Positions 56,010-64,000 of a stretch of 64,000 nucleotides of DNA are shown here, piece after piece. The stretch's first letter is position 1. Each line of letters begins with the position of its first letter. The notes beneath the pieces were generated by a model, which worked only from the letters and a program-made list of their open reading frames with translations, did not search any database and had not been told where the DNA came from. This DNA is from a virus, in IMG/VR virus record IMGVR_UViG_3300035698_011044, positions 1 through 64,000 of that record. One strand, given 5' to 3'. Made by a program: the position numbers and the translations under genes.

Positions 56010-56073
56010 GTTCAGCCTATCTCATCAGTATCGGTAGGCTAACCCCGATAGACGCCCCGAAAGGCGTTTCGAC
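56010..56073 (-). ncRNA. Type II hammerhead ribozyme with pseudoknot
   Basis: Minus strand: GUC-GAAA-CGCCU(UUCG)GGGCG-UC^-UAUCGG(GGUUAGCCUA)CCGAUA-CUGAUGA-GAU-AGGCUGA; complete catalytic core and three stems. Confidence 0.92.
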
Positions 56074-56160
56074 TTCTACTCTACTGATCCCACCCTTCTG
56101 GGAGTTCCTCCATGTCAAAGAAAGTTACCTTAGTTACCTTAGTTAACTGCTACACTATTA

Positions 56161-56189
56161 AAGGTAACTCTTCTAGGTAACTTTGTCAA
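56161..56189 (-). promoter_or_regulatory. Sigma70-type promoter with repeated AGTTACCT boxes
   Basis: TTGACA-17 bp-TACCTT. Confidence 0.7.
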
Positions 56190-56197
56190 CACTTATT

Positions 56198-56833
56198 TTA
56201 TTTTATTTCGCTGAAGGCTGTATCATTGCATTCTTTTTTGTCTCCAGTAAAATTAAAATAGCGATCTTCGCAAATCTCGATAAATTTCTCATAAGCAATA
56301 ACATCTGCAAGTGCGTCATGAGCGCCTTCTCCTAGGTCAATCCCAAAGAACTCGCATACGCTGGTAAGCTTTAAGTTCTGGGTCGTTGGAATAATACCAT
56401 AGAAACGAAGGATTCTGGCAAGACCGTATCCGTCATAAACGTAGGGCTCAAAGAGAGAGCCGTAAAATTTGTCACCATGATGAAACCAAAACTTCCGTGC
56501 AAACTTAGCGTCAAAGTTTCCCTGGTATCCAGAGAAGACCATTTTGTCGGTTTTATCGTATGGATCCACATAGGTTTTTATTATTGCAGAAATCTCTTCA
56601 AAAGCTTGTTTGGAAGGCATAAATTCCGCAAGCTCTTCCTTTGTAACCTTCCCAACCTTGAGAGCATCTTCGGAAATGTGCTCCATGCTAAACGGACGCA
56701 TCTTGTAATTAAATTCATGAACATCTTTTCCCGGGCAGTGGATCCGTCCGGAAAATTGCCAGATGTTATGTATTGATGGATCTGTTCCGGTTGTTTCTGT
56801 GTCTGCGTTCATTATTTTTCTTGGACAATTCAT
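56198..56833 (-). CDS. DEDDh 3'-5' exonuclease (DnaQ-like)
   Basis: ADTETTG, GYQGNFD, AHDALAD motifs. Confidence 0.9.
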   Translation of the reverse strand: MNCPRKIMNADTETTGTDPSIHNIWQFSGRIHCPGKDVHEFNYKMRPFSMEHISEDALKVGKVTKEELAEFMPSKQAFEEISAIIKTYVDPYDKTDKMVFSGYQGNFDAKFARKFWFHHGDKFYGSLFEPYVYDGYGLARILRFYGIIPTTQNLKLTSVCEFFGIDLGEGAHDALADVIAYEKFIEICEDRYFNFTGDKKECNDTAFSEIK

Positions 56834-56993
56834 TATCTCTTTCCTCCAATATTTTTAAAGTTTCTAGTAGTTTAGGCTTTTCTGAATGACCATAGTCAAG
56901 ACCTTCAATCCAGCCACGGACTGTTGCTGCACTTGTACCTCGATAACTTGATAAAACATCCTCTTTTTTAATGACCCAGCTCCCATCCTTCAA
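56766..56993 (-). CDS. Hypothetical protein
   Basis: 75-aa ORF filling the gap; overlaps both sides. Confidence 0.35.
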   Translation of the reverse strand: MKDGSWVIKKEDVLSSYRGTSAATVRGWIEGLDYGHSEKPKLLETLKILEERDNELSKKNNERRHRNNRNRSINT

Positions 56994-57408
56994 CCTCGTT
57001 TGGCAGAGGAATATAAACCCCTAAAAATTCTGAAGCCCACATTCTTACCTCAACCATTTTGTCTTCCCATTCCATAGCTTCCCACTCGCCTATTGCTGTG
57101 CTGCGAATGTAGTAAAGATCTAGCTGCTCATTGTAGTACCTGAAAAACTTGTCCTGGATTAATCCGTGCATTTCATCATCAGAATAACCGGTATCTCGGG
57201 CAAGGATCGCCAGCACTACTCCGCGATAATATTTCTGCTGAGGACGACTATTGTCTTTTGTCAACTCCTTGAGAATGAGCACACACTTTTTCCCACGTTG
57301 CTTAAGATACCAGCACCAACGCAAGAATCGAAAGCCATCTTGAAGGATAGGCAGGCCAGATTTTTTCCAGCCTGATATTTCCCAAGTATGAGTAAGCCTC
57401 TTACCCAT
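56968..57408 (-). CDS. NinB/YbcN-like recombination-associated protein
   Basis: SRPQQKYYRGVV...TGYS.DEMH...RST...WASEFLGVYIPLP pattern. Confidence 0.6.
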   Translation of the reverse strand: MGKRLTHTWEISGWKKSGLPILQDGFRFLRWCWYLKQRGKKCVLILKELTKDNSRPQQKYYRGVVLAILARDTGYSDDEMHGLIQDKFFRYYNEQLDLYYIRSTAIGEWEAMEWEDKMVEVRMWASEFLGVYIPLPNEVEGWELGH

Positions 57409-58775
57409 TACGCTTTAGCCTTCCTGCTCTTAGCTTCATCGGACTGCTTCTTGTTTGCTTTGTCAATGATTGCTGCAGCCTTTGCCTCTTTGTCAAATCT
57501 TGCCTTTGTCTCTGCCAGTCCAGCGAACATCCCTGGCCCATTGGCAGAAATCTGAGCTTCGATATCATCATACCATGCTCGTGGAATATTGATAAGAGAG
57601 CTAATCTCAAGGTTCTGTTTTTGGGAATACATATTAAGCCAAATCTTCCAATCCTCAGGAGATATCTTATTCTGTGTCAGGAAGGTTTCGACGAAGGATA
57701 TCTGAAAACAAGACAACAACCCATGGCGATGCTGATAAACCTCATTAATTCTTCCTCCAACAACCTGAGCACCAACATCAGCACCAACAGCATATCTATT
57801 GATCTGATCTTTATTCCCAGTAATTATCCCCTTGACAAGAACGACATCTTCAGCTCCGATATCGTACCATGCACAACCTAGCTCTTTGTCAAGCCAGACG
57901 ATAAACTTCTCCATGATGATATTGTTGTCATTTAGAGCCTGAACCATTTCGACAATCTCATCTCTGGAGATTAGGTTGGCATTGGTCTGGTATTCCTCGT
58001 TAATAGCTCGTCCAGTTTTGCGTTCAGGAGGAAGAGCCGGAAGCATTGAGCTTGCACTCTTTTTGTTTCCGGATCCTTTTGGAGGCTCATCCTTAATTGG
58101 ATTTGTAATTTCCGGAAGAGCGTCATTCTGAACCTGAGGCGGAAGGTTCTGTTGCTGGGGAGGAATGTTCTGCTGAGGCTGAATGTTTTGAGGTTGCTGT
58201 TGCGGTGGAAGCGGGGGATAAAATCCACCTTGGTTCTGTTGCTGAAAGTTCTGTTGCCGAGGCTGATTAAACCCATTGTTCTGAGGATGCTGAAGCCCAC
58301 TGGAAGCATTTCCATCGTCATCCTCACCCTGGGCTATAGTTCCAAGAATTGCCGAATAAGAATATCTGCGAAGGTATGTTATTGCAGATCCAACAATCTG
58401 AGAACTATTCGCGTTTTCAAGACCAGCACTGATTGTACTGCGAAACCATTGCCCAGACTTATGCGAGACCTCCGTGATTAGGTCAACCCTGCCAGCCTGT
58501 AATAAAACAGTTTTTTCCGAATCCTCATACTTAGTTTTCTTACGCTGAATGGTAGGTATAACGTCTCCAATAAGTATCACCTCTGGGTGCTGAGATACCA
58601 TCAAGCCGTTATTAGCAAGCGCATCTTTTGCTGCTTGAATATGAGAATACAACGATGCGTATTTTGATTTATGAAAAGTATTCTCGCAATCCAATTTTGC
58701 AGGCAACAATTCTGACTGCATTACTGCCATTGCACCTAAAATTTCCGAACATTCTTCCGAGCGTTCTATGCCCAT
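57408..58775 (-). CDS. erf: ERF-family single-strand annealing protein with Gln/Pro-rich linker and C-terminal extension
   Basis: KSKYASL, HKSGQW, GSAITYLRRYSYSAILG, EDDDGN motifs. Confidence 0.9.
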   Translation of the reverse strand: MGIERSEECSEILGAMAVMQSELLPAKLDCENTFHKSKYASLYSHIQAAKDALANNGLMVSQHPEVILIGDVIPTIQRKKTKYEDSEKTVLLQAGRVDLITEVSHKSGQWFRSTISAGLENANSSQIVGSAITYLRRYSYSAILGTIAQGEDDDGNASSGLQHPQNNGFNQPRQQNFQQQNQGGFYPPLPPQQQPQNIQPQQNIPPQQQNLPPQVQNDALPEITNPIKDEPPKGSGNKKSASSMLPALPPERKTGRAINEEYQTNANLISRDEIVEMVQALNDNNIIMEKFIVWLDKELGCAWYDIGAEDVVLVKGIITGNKDQINRYAVGADVGAQVVGGRINEVYQHRHGLLSCFQISFVETFLTQNKISPEDWKIWLNMYSQKQNLEISSLINIPRAWYDDIEAQISANGPGMFAGLAETKARFDKEAKAAAIIDKANKKQSDEAKSRKAKA

Positions 58776-58825
58776 AAAAAACCTCTTTCTGTTATTCTAT
58801 TAGATATCACAAAACTTGTTATATT

Positions 58826-58854
58826 AAGATACCATTATACGCAAATAGTGTCAA
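58826..58854 (-). promoter_or_regulatory. Sigma70-type promoter upstream of erf
   Basis: TTGACA-17 bp-TATCTT. Confidence 0.65.
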
Positions 58855-58857
58855 CCA

Positions 58858-59442
58858 CTACTTGTTATAATAAGTATACCACTCGTTGTGGTTTTTGAAT
58901 TTTGAATGATATTCTTTGCCGTCAATAATCATTACCCAATCATTCCAGGCAATCTTACTATCTGGCACTACTATTCCGTTGCTATTGTAGTATTCCTTAA
59001 GCTGTTGCCCGCTATAATTGAGCTCCATCCAAACTTGCTTTGTTCCCCAAAATGGCTCCAGCCCATGTTCACTTAGCAGTTTAAAGCCACGCGATAAGAC
59101 ATATAAGATATGGTTCCGGTCAACAGCCCCCTTTGTATAAAGCGCAAAGAGTCGTCCTGAGTGGATAAACTTATGGCACGCGACACAAAGCGAAACAACC
59201 GCTTTAAATTCCACCCGTCCCGTATCGGGACAGATATAGTAACATTCGTGAGCTTCGAGCCGTTTCTGAAAACGAGCTTTGCTCTTATGCGTCCCGCAAG
59301 CATGGCAACAACCATCGTGTTTTGCATAGGATTCCTCTCGAATAAAGTTCCACCATTCAGCACCAAAGACACTCCTTGGATTAACTCCATGAAGTGCCGT
59401 TGGAATTGTTGGATGCTGAAGGATTGTTGGGTTAAAAGACAT
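58858..59442 (-). CDS. HNH-like nuclease
   Basis: CCHACG...LEAHE...SLCVACHKFIH. Confidence 0.75.
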   Translation of the reverse strand: MSFNPTILQHPTIPTALHGVNPRSVFGAEWWNFIREESYAKHDGCCHACGTHKSKARFQKRLEAHECYYICPDTGRVEFKAVVSLCVACHKFIHSGRLFALYTKGAVDRNHILYVLSRGFKLLSEHGLEPFWGTKQVWMELNYSGQQLKEYYNSNGIVVPDSKIAWNDWVMIIDGKEYHSKFKNHNEWYTYYNK

Positions 59443-60479
59443 TAGTACCCGCTCTGCCCCACTTCAATATGGGTCTTGTTGTAGTAAGTACAAAAGCGCT
59501 TTGCAACACAATAATCTGCACAACGCTTGTCTATTCCAAGACGTTCTTCTATCCGAAATGTTGAAGCCGGATATTTTGTCTCCTGCTCCTTTTGGAAGCG
59601 ATCAGCAAACCCATTATCCATTTCAAACTTCTTGAAGTTCTTGGATGACTTTTTGTTCCACTTGCCAGCAGTGCTCTTCATCAAAGCATACTCTGTCTCA
59701 GAAGCCCAGCGCTCTTCAAAAGTACAGTCTGGGATGTCATTATCAGAAGCCTTGCTACAAGCAATGAACAATTTCATCCGGTCAATGATATATTTCTCAC
59801 ACATAGTATTGGGCCATACATTGGGATACATTTCTGCGTATGGAATAACCGGATAGTCACCTTTGCCTGCCTGGAATTTATCCCAGTTTTTCAGGAAAAA
59901 GCAAACTCGAAGCTTGTTTACCTCATGCCCGAGAAGCCTTAGTCCAAAAGCGCCAATGTTAAGCTGGCACTCACGCTCAGGCTTTAATCCATACACAATT
60001 TCCCATGGCTGAGTCCTCTTGTAATCTTCCAGACATTTTTCTGCAATCTCAAAACAGTCATACTGCATCGAGAGATAGAACTTGTCTTTATCATACCATT
60101 CCTGCTTTGCAACATCAATACGAGTTTCGCCTGGTTCAGCAACGGCAAGATAGCATTTCCAGTCAGGAATTTGACGCCCCTCATGCATGGGAACCTCAAT
60201 AAACATTCTCTCCTCAGATTTACGCTCGGTGCTAGGCTGCATATTAGACATCTCTAGTGCATAATGGACAGCAGATCCATCAAACATCCAGAAATTATCA
60301 CTCACATCCCGCTCAAGCTCTTTGTCGTGCCTGCGCTTTAGAAAATATGGTTTTGGAGCACCAATTACCGTGGTGCAAGAGAATACATTCGCTGGCGGAT
60401 TTACGAGGGCGTAGTCGTCAGCAGTCAACGCATCAACTACGGAGGGAGACTTGATCTGATACTTGTTTGTAGTCTTCAC
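59442..60479 (-). CDS. PD-(D/E)XK (RecB/Cas4-like) exonuclease
   Basis: GSAVHYALE, YD...EDYK, QLN, C-terminal RCADYC...FC; GTG start after GGGGAG. Confidence 0.7.
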   Translation of the reverse strand: MKTTNKYQIKSPSVVDALTADDYALVNPPANVFSCTTVIGAPKPYFLKRRHDKELERDVSDNFWMFDGSAVHYALEMSNMQPSTERKSEERMFIEVPMHEGRQIPDWKCYLAVAEPGETRIDVAKQEWYDKDKFYLSMQYDCFEIAEKCLEDYKRTQPWEIVYGLKPERECQLNIGAFGLRLLGHEVNKLRVCFFLKNWDKFQAGKGDYPVIPYAEMYPNVWPNTMCEKYIIDRMKLFIACSKASDNDIPDCTFEERWASETEYALMKSTAGKWNKKSSKNFKKFEMDNGFADRFQKEQETKYPASTFRIEERLGIDKRCADYCVAKRFCTYYNKTHIEVGQSGY

Positions 60480-60814
60480 TAGAACTCCCCTTTGATCTGA
60501 GCGCTTCCGCACACATGGTTCATAAATTGCAACTCACCCTCACACTCTGGGCAATGCCCCTTTTTCCAGAAACCTACAACTTCACGCATGAATGATTCCT
60601 GAGTCTGCGTAGGAACTCCCGTGTCTGCAGCACACGCATTGTGGAGCTCTATCTGCGACACGAGATAGTCATGGTCTCCTGGCGTACACATAACGCCACT
60701 CAGCGCAGCTTTTACGCCGTGCATGGCCACACCATCCCAGGTCATGCCTGTTTTTTTCTTCTCCACAACATCTTCTTCCGTCAGATGCAAATGGACCAGC
60801 TTGGTTTTTGACAC
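60479..60814 (-). CDS. Hypothetical protein with C-terminal zinc ribbon
   Basis: AAGGAGG RBS + GTG; HCPECEG...HVCG. Confidence 0.55.
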   Translation of the reverse strand: MSKTKLVHLHLTEEDVVEKKKTGMTWDGVAMHGVKAALSGVMCTPGDHDYLVSQIELHNACAADTGVPTQTQESFMREVVGFWKKGHCPECEGELQFMNHVCGSAQIKGEF

Positions 60815-60827
60815 AAGTCCTCCTTTG

Positions 60828-61010
60828 TTAATAAAAAATCTTGGGGATACTTCTAGGATCATCTATACCATTCAATCTATCACACACCGCTTTAGCCATA
60901 TCGTCATGAGCCCTGTCGCAGTATTCCATCGTCAGAACTCGATCACCATTGGTAGCACAGATATACGTCTGCATACCATCTTTTTCTGCGTAAAACGGCT
61001 TCTTACCCAT
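60828..61010 (-). CDS. Small hypothetical protein, first gene of the early operon
   Basis: 60 aa, AAGGAG RBS. Confidence 0.55.
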   Translation of the reverse strand: MGKKPFYAEKDGMQTYICATNGDRVLTMEYCDRAHDDMAKAVCDRLNGIDDPRSIPKIFY

Positions 61011-61055
61011 CGCAACTCCTTTGGTTAAGTAATATTTAAAGTTACCTTACCATTA

Positions 61056-61084
61056 AAGTTACCATATTGAGGTATCCTTGTCAA
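61056..61084 (-). promoter_or_regulatory. Sigma70-type early promoter with GGTAACT boxes
   Basis: TTGACA-17 bp-TAACTT. Confidence 0.7.
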
Positions 61085-61154
61085 TACTTTTCTTTTGTGG
61101 AGCGTATTTATGGATCGATACTCTATAAGAATGTTTGAGGATTATGTGTGTGCA

Positions 61155-61188
61155 ACAAAAAAAGCCCCAACTAGCAAGGTCGGGGCTT
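61155..61188 (-). terminator. Rho-independent terminator after the lysis genes
   Basis: AAGCCCCGAC-CTTGCTA-GTTGGGGCTT followed by a T run on the minus strand. Confidence 0.85.
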
Positions 61189-61225
61189 AAACAAGTAGGA
61201 AAAGAAAGCGAAAACCTACCTGCTG

Positions 61226-61765
61226 TCAGTCGTTTTCTGCCATCCATTTTCTGATACCATGGACGATGCTAATAGCTATTGAAAACTGGTATGACTCAAT
61301 GTAGAGGCGACTCTCTTCGATTATGTTCGATAGAAATCCCACCTCTATCAGTGCGCATGGAAATCTTGTTTTCTTTAGAACTGCGAGGTTGTCGCGAGGA
61401 TGGATCTTGCGGGCTCTGTCTGCAGCGCAAAGCATCTCAGTGTCTATACATGTGGCGAGCGCTTTACCTTTTGAAGAATAGGGGTAATACATAACATGAT
61501 ACCCGTGAGTCTTTGTATCAGTGCTTACGTCAGCATGGATGGACACTCCCCCTGTACACCCCATGCTTTTTGCGAGGCGAACATCAAAGGATCCGATTAT
61601 CTGCCGATGCCGAATGTCCAACAATGACAATAGCATTGAGACTTTTGAAGAGATCGATTGAGTGATAGCGGTCTCGATGCTATAGATAGAATCGTTTTCT
61701 CTACCGTCAATAGCACCGGAATCTTTTCCAGCGTGTCCAACGAATATGGCTATGTCGTGCATCAT
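61226..61765 (-). CDS. N-acetylmuramoyl-L-alanine amidase (Amidase_3 endolysin)
   Basis: VGHAGKDSGA...E, VSIHAD, LAVLK, LIEVGFLSN zinc-amidase motifs. Confidence 0.9.
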   Translation of the reverse strand: MMHDIAIFVGHAGKDSGAIDGRENDSIYSIETAITQSISSKVSMLLSLLDIRHRQIIGSFDVRLAKSMGCTGGVSIHADVSTDTKTHGYHVMYYPYSSKGKALATCIDTEMLCAADRARKIHPRDNLAVLKKTRFPCALIEVGFLSNIIEESRLYIESYQFSIAISIVHGIRKWMAEND

Positions 61766-62214
61766 TTACGCTCCTTAACGGCAGTGAGAATGCTGTCGAG
61801 GAGTTGTGCGGTCTTACCCTCTTCGTGCTGCAGGCGGATGTATTTGACATCATCGCTAACACGCTGAACACTCAGCTTGGTTTCTGAGAGAGCATCTTTA
61901 ATCTTATCTTGCTCTCCTTTGATATACTCATCTTCTTTCTGCGTATCATTTCTGAGATTAGTCTGTTCTTTCTCAATGGCAATCTGCCTGGTAATAATCG
62001 CCCCTTTATCTGGACACACAAATCCATTCGAGCGCTTTACTTTCCCGAAAGTTAGTCGGACATTTGAAAATCTTCCTTTAACAAAAAGGAATCCAGCAAC
62101 ACTCAAGATCCCTCCTCCCAAAAAAGTGCTAACCTGGGCAATCGTGTTTACCCCAGACTGACCATGTAGGACTGCTGCGCGTAGGGAATCTATCATAACT
62201 GTCAATGTATCCAT
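61762..62214 (-). CDS. Putative holin-like membrane protein
   Basis: One transmembrane segment plus coiled coil, coupled to the amidase. Confidence 0.5.
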   Translation of the reverse strand: MDTLTVMIDSLRAAVLHGQSGVNTIAQVSTFLGGGILSVAGFLFVKGRFSNVRLTFGKVKRSNGFVCPDKGAIITRQIAIEKEQTNLRNDTQKEDEYIKGEQDKIKDALSETKLSVQRVSDDVKYIRLQHEEGKTAQLLDSILTAVKERK

Positions 62215-64000
62215 TATTTGCCTTTCCGCATTTTTTTAACAAACTTCTTCTGATCCTCCAAGATCTCTTTGCGCTTATCTTGGTACTCCTTCAAAGTATA
62301 CTCTCCACTCTTTCGCTTCTTCTGAGCGTTACTGAGACGGACCTGGAAATTAGTCTTCACGGATTTCCCGCTCTTAGTCTTTCCTTGGCCGAGATTCTTG
62401 CTGAGATATTTATTTATTTTGGTGTAATCCTTTGCAAATTCCTTTAGCCCATACTCTTTTCGGAATTTAAGTCTTTTTTCCGGAGAGAGCTTCTTGTACC
62501 ACTCCTTAAAAGCAACCCTATCTTCCCATTTAGTAGATCTCTCAAGACGCTTCTTCATCGCTCCAGCTATTGAAGGATCTTTATCCATAACATACTTGGA
62601 ATAAACAAGCGCCCTATGCTCTTTAATCTTCTCCCAAGTTGAAAGCTTTTCGCCTTCCTTGGTGTAAACTTTGGAAACTCTCATGCCTCCAACAATCAGC
62701 TTTTTAACTGCAGGATAACCCTGCCCACTGATTTTCATAAAAGATCTGAACGCCTTCTTGGGATTGTGTTGTGCAATACTAAGCGCAGCATCCTCCACTG
62801 GCCCCAATGAAGGAGGAAGTAGATTTAAGAGCATCTCCGCAGAACCGTAGTCCACTTTTCCACCACGCGCCTTGATCGTTGCGTTAGTAATCCCCATCAT
62901 GACTGAGTCTACCATCCTATTCCCAATTGCAAACCCTCCAGTAAACTGTGACACAAAGAATTTTGCAAATCCCTCCGGGTCTTCCCATGGTGGTCTAAGT
63001 GCACTAGAAATCCAATACATGTACGTTGCCGGTAGGAGCGCAAGCAGTGACGCATGCAAAAGGTTTTGACCGATATCACGTTTGCCTGTAGTCTGCTTAT
63101 AGTCAATCAACATATTCGCATCTTGATTAAGCTGATTTGTAAATACTGTATAAGCTCTTGCAAGTCCGTTTCCTCGATATATAGCTGGAAGATGAACCAG
63201 ACCACCCATTGGCTGAGTTCTCCTTATAACAGAATTAGCAGCTTTAATCGCAGTCTTTTCATTACCCGACTTCGCCATCACTTCGTGGTACTTGCCATAC
63301 CATAAGATTGTCGTTGTCATCATATCCGCTTTTGTGATAAATGACATCGAAAACTCTCTGACTTTCTCAAGCGCATCGACAGCTTTATCTTTAGCCATCT
63401 TAGTTCTCTGAAGAAGGGTCTTTTCGTTTATAGGAGTACCGTCCTGCTTCATCTGCTTAAGTTCTGATTTAGATATCCCAAGAGCTTCCGGAATAAGCTT
63501 CTTCTCCGCCATCTCCGCCATCTCGCGCTCATAACTCGTTGCACGATTCCGCATCATAACGCTTTTCTCTTTAACAAAAGCCTCTTGAGCAGATCTGCCA
63601 GTCGCATACTTTCTGATGGAATGTGCGAGAGCCCCCTTATTGACCTCTTTTGATCCCTGGAAAAAGGAGGCTGGCTGTTTTGCAACAGTTATAAGATTGA
63701 ATCCAAGAGCGTAAGTCATATACTTGTTTCTAAGCCAGTCACTGGCTTGGTCGAGAACGTTTTCAGAAGCACCAATTCGACCATAAGCAGCAGCTCTCAG
63801 CCAATCGTTAAGCTGCAGAGAATATTCGGTGTTGCGATCATCCATAGCTTTTTTGACTTCAGTCTTGTTGAGGAACTGATTAACATCGCGCACTATGTCA
63901 TTGTATGCAATGTAATGCTCGGATTGTCTAATGCTTTTAACCGTAGTTCCAAAGTAATCAAGTTCTGCAAAGGCAGCTTTGGAATTAACACGACTCTTAG
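62214..64000 (-). CDS. C-terminal part of a very large virion/ejection protein (5' end beyond window)
   Basis: Frame stays open from 63893 to the window end; helical, with A..VIRRTQP...L..YTVFTNQ and hydrophobic segments typical of podoviral internal proteins. Confidence 0.65.
   Translation of the reverse strand, partial: KSRVNSKAAFAELDYFGTTVKSIRQSEHYIAYNDIVRDVNQFLNKTEVKKAMDDRNTEYSLQLNDWLRAAAYGRIGASENVLDQASDWLRNKYMTYALGFNLITVAKQPASFFQGSKEVNKGALAHSIRKYATGRSAQEAFVKEKSVMMRNRATSYEREMAEMAEKKLIPEALGISKSELKQMKQDGTPINEKTLLQRTKMAKDKAVDALEKVREFSMSFITKADMMTTTILWYGKYHEVMAKSGNEKTAIKAANSVIRRTQPMGGLVHLPAIYRGNGLARAYTVFTNQLNQDANMLIDYKQTTGKRDIGQNLLHASLLALLPATYMYWISSALRPPWEDPEGFAKFFVSQFTGGFAIGNRMVDSVMMGITNATIKARGGKVDYGSAEMLLNLLPPSLGPVEDAALSIAQHNPKKAFRSFMKISGQGYPAVKKLIVGGMRVSKVYTKEGEKLSTWEKIKEHRALVYSKYVMDKDPSIAGAMKKRLERSTKWEDRVAFKEWYKKLSPEKRLKFRKEYGLKEFAKDYTKINKYLSKNLGQGKTKSGKSVKTNFQVRLSNAQKKRKSGEYTLKEYQDKRKEILEDQKKFVKKMRKGK

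Larger units (their letters stand above)
1..64000 (-). mobile_element. Tailed bacteriophage genome segment (podovirus-like head/tail module; no integrase seen in window)
   Basis: Terminase, portal, capsid, tail, DnaB, SSB, ERF and amidase genes, all co-oriented and tightly packed; no host housekeeping genes. Confidence 0.95.

Noticed and set aside
59442-60479. Cas4-like nuclease as part of a CRISPR-Cas system
   Set aside because: Stand-alone exonuclease near ERF is the usual phage recombination context; no array or other cas genes
241-63305. Plus-strand ORFs in the supplied track
   Set aside because: They are antisense shadows of well-supported minus-strand genes, with no recognisable motifs
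1-64000. TAG stop-codon reassignment, suggested by in-frame TAGs at 33297, ~39040 and 54977-55021
   Set aside because: Long genes (portal, scaffold, dnaB, GTs) are intact under the standard code, and many end in TAG right before the next RBS or start; no suppressor tRNA seen
1-64000. tRNA genes, integrase or att sites
   Set aside because: None recognised by eye; a tRNAscan/ARAGORN run would be needed to exclude tRNAs firmly

Overview
The window is a 64-kb stretch of a tailed dsDNA phage genome with podovirus-like head and tail genes. Essentially every gene is on the minus strand. In transcription order (right to left) it holds: the end of a very large virion/ejection protein, a lysis pair (membrane protein plus amidase) and a terminator; a recombination module (PD-(D/E)XK exonuclease, HNH-like, ERF, NinB-like, DEDDh exonuclease); a replication module (initiator, DnaB, SMC-like ATPase, SSB, XRE regulator) with many small accessory genes; small and large terminase; an ~18-kb island of ~13 glycosyltransferase-like and ~6 SAM-methyltransferase genes between terminase and portal; then portal, scaffold, major capsid, tail adaptor/nozzle and a Gly-rich fibre gene running off the left end. 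The most notable observations are the glycan-building island (with a GT/radical-SAM/GT fusion), a type II pseudoknotted hammerhead ribozyme behind a promoter, leader hairpins with anti-Shine-Dalgarno loops, a duplicated 109-bp + 19-bp frame around different mini-genes, a gene broken by a 10-bp tandem repeat, and a terminase with a second degenerate nuclease domain. All functional calls come from motif recognition by eye; no database searches or folding programs were run.
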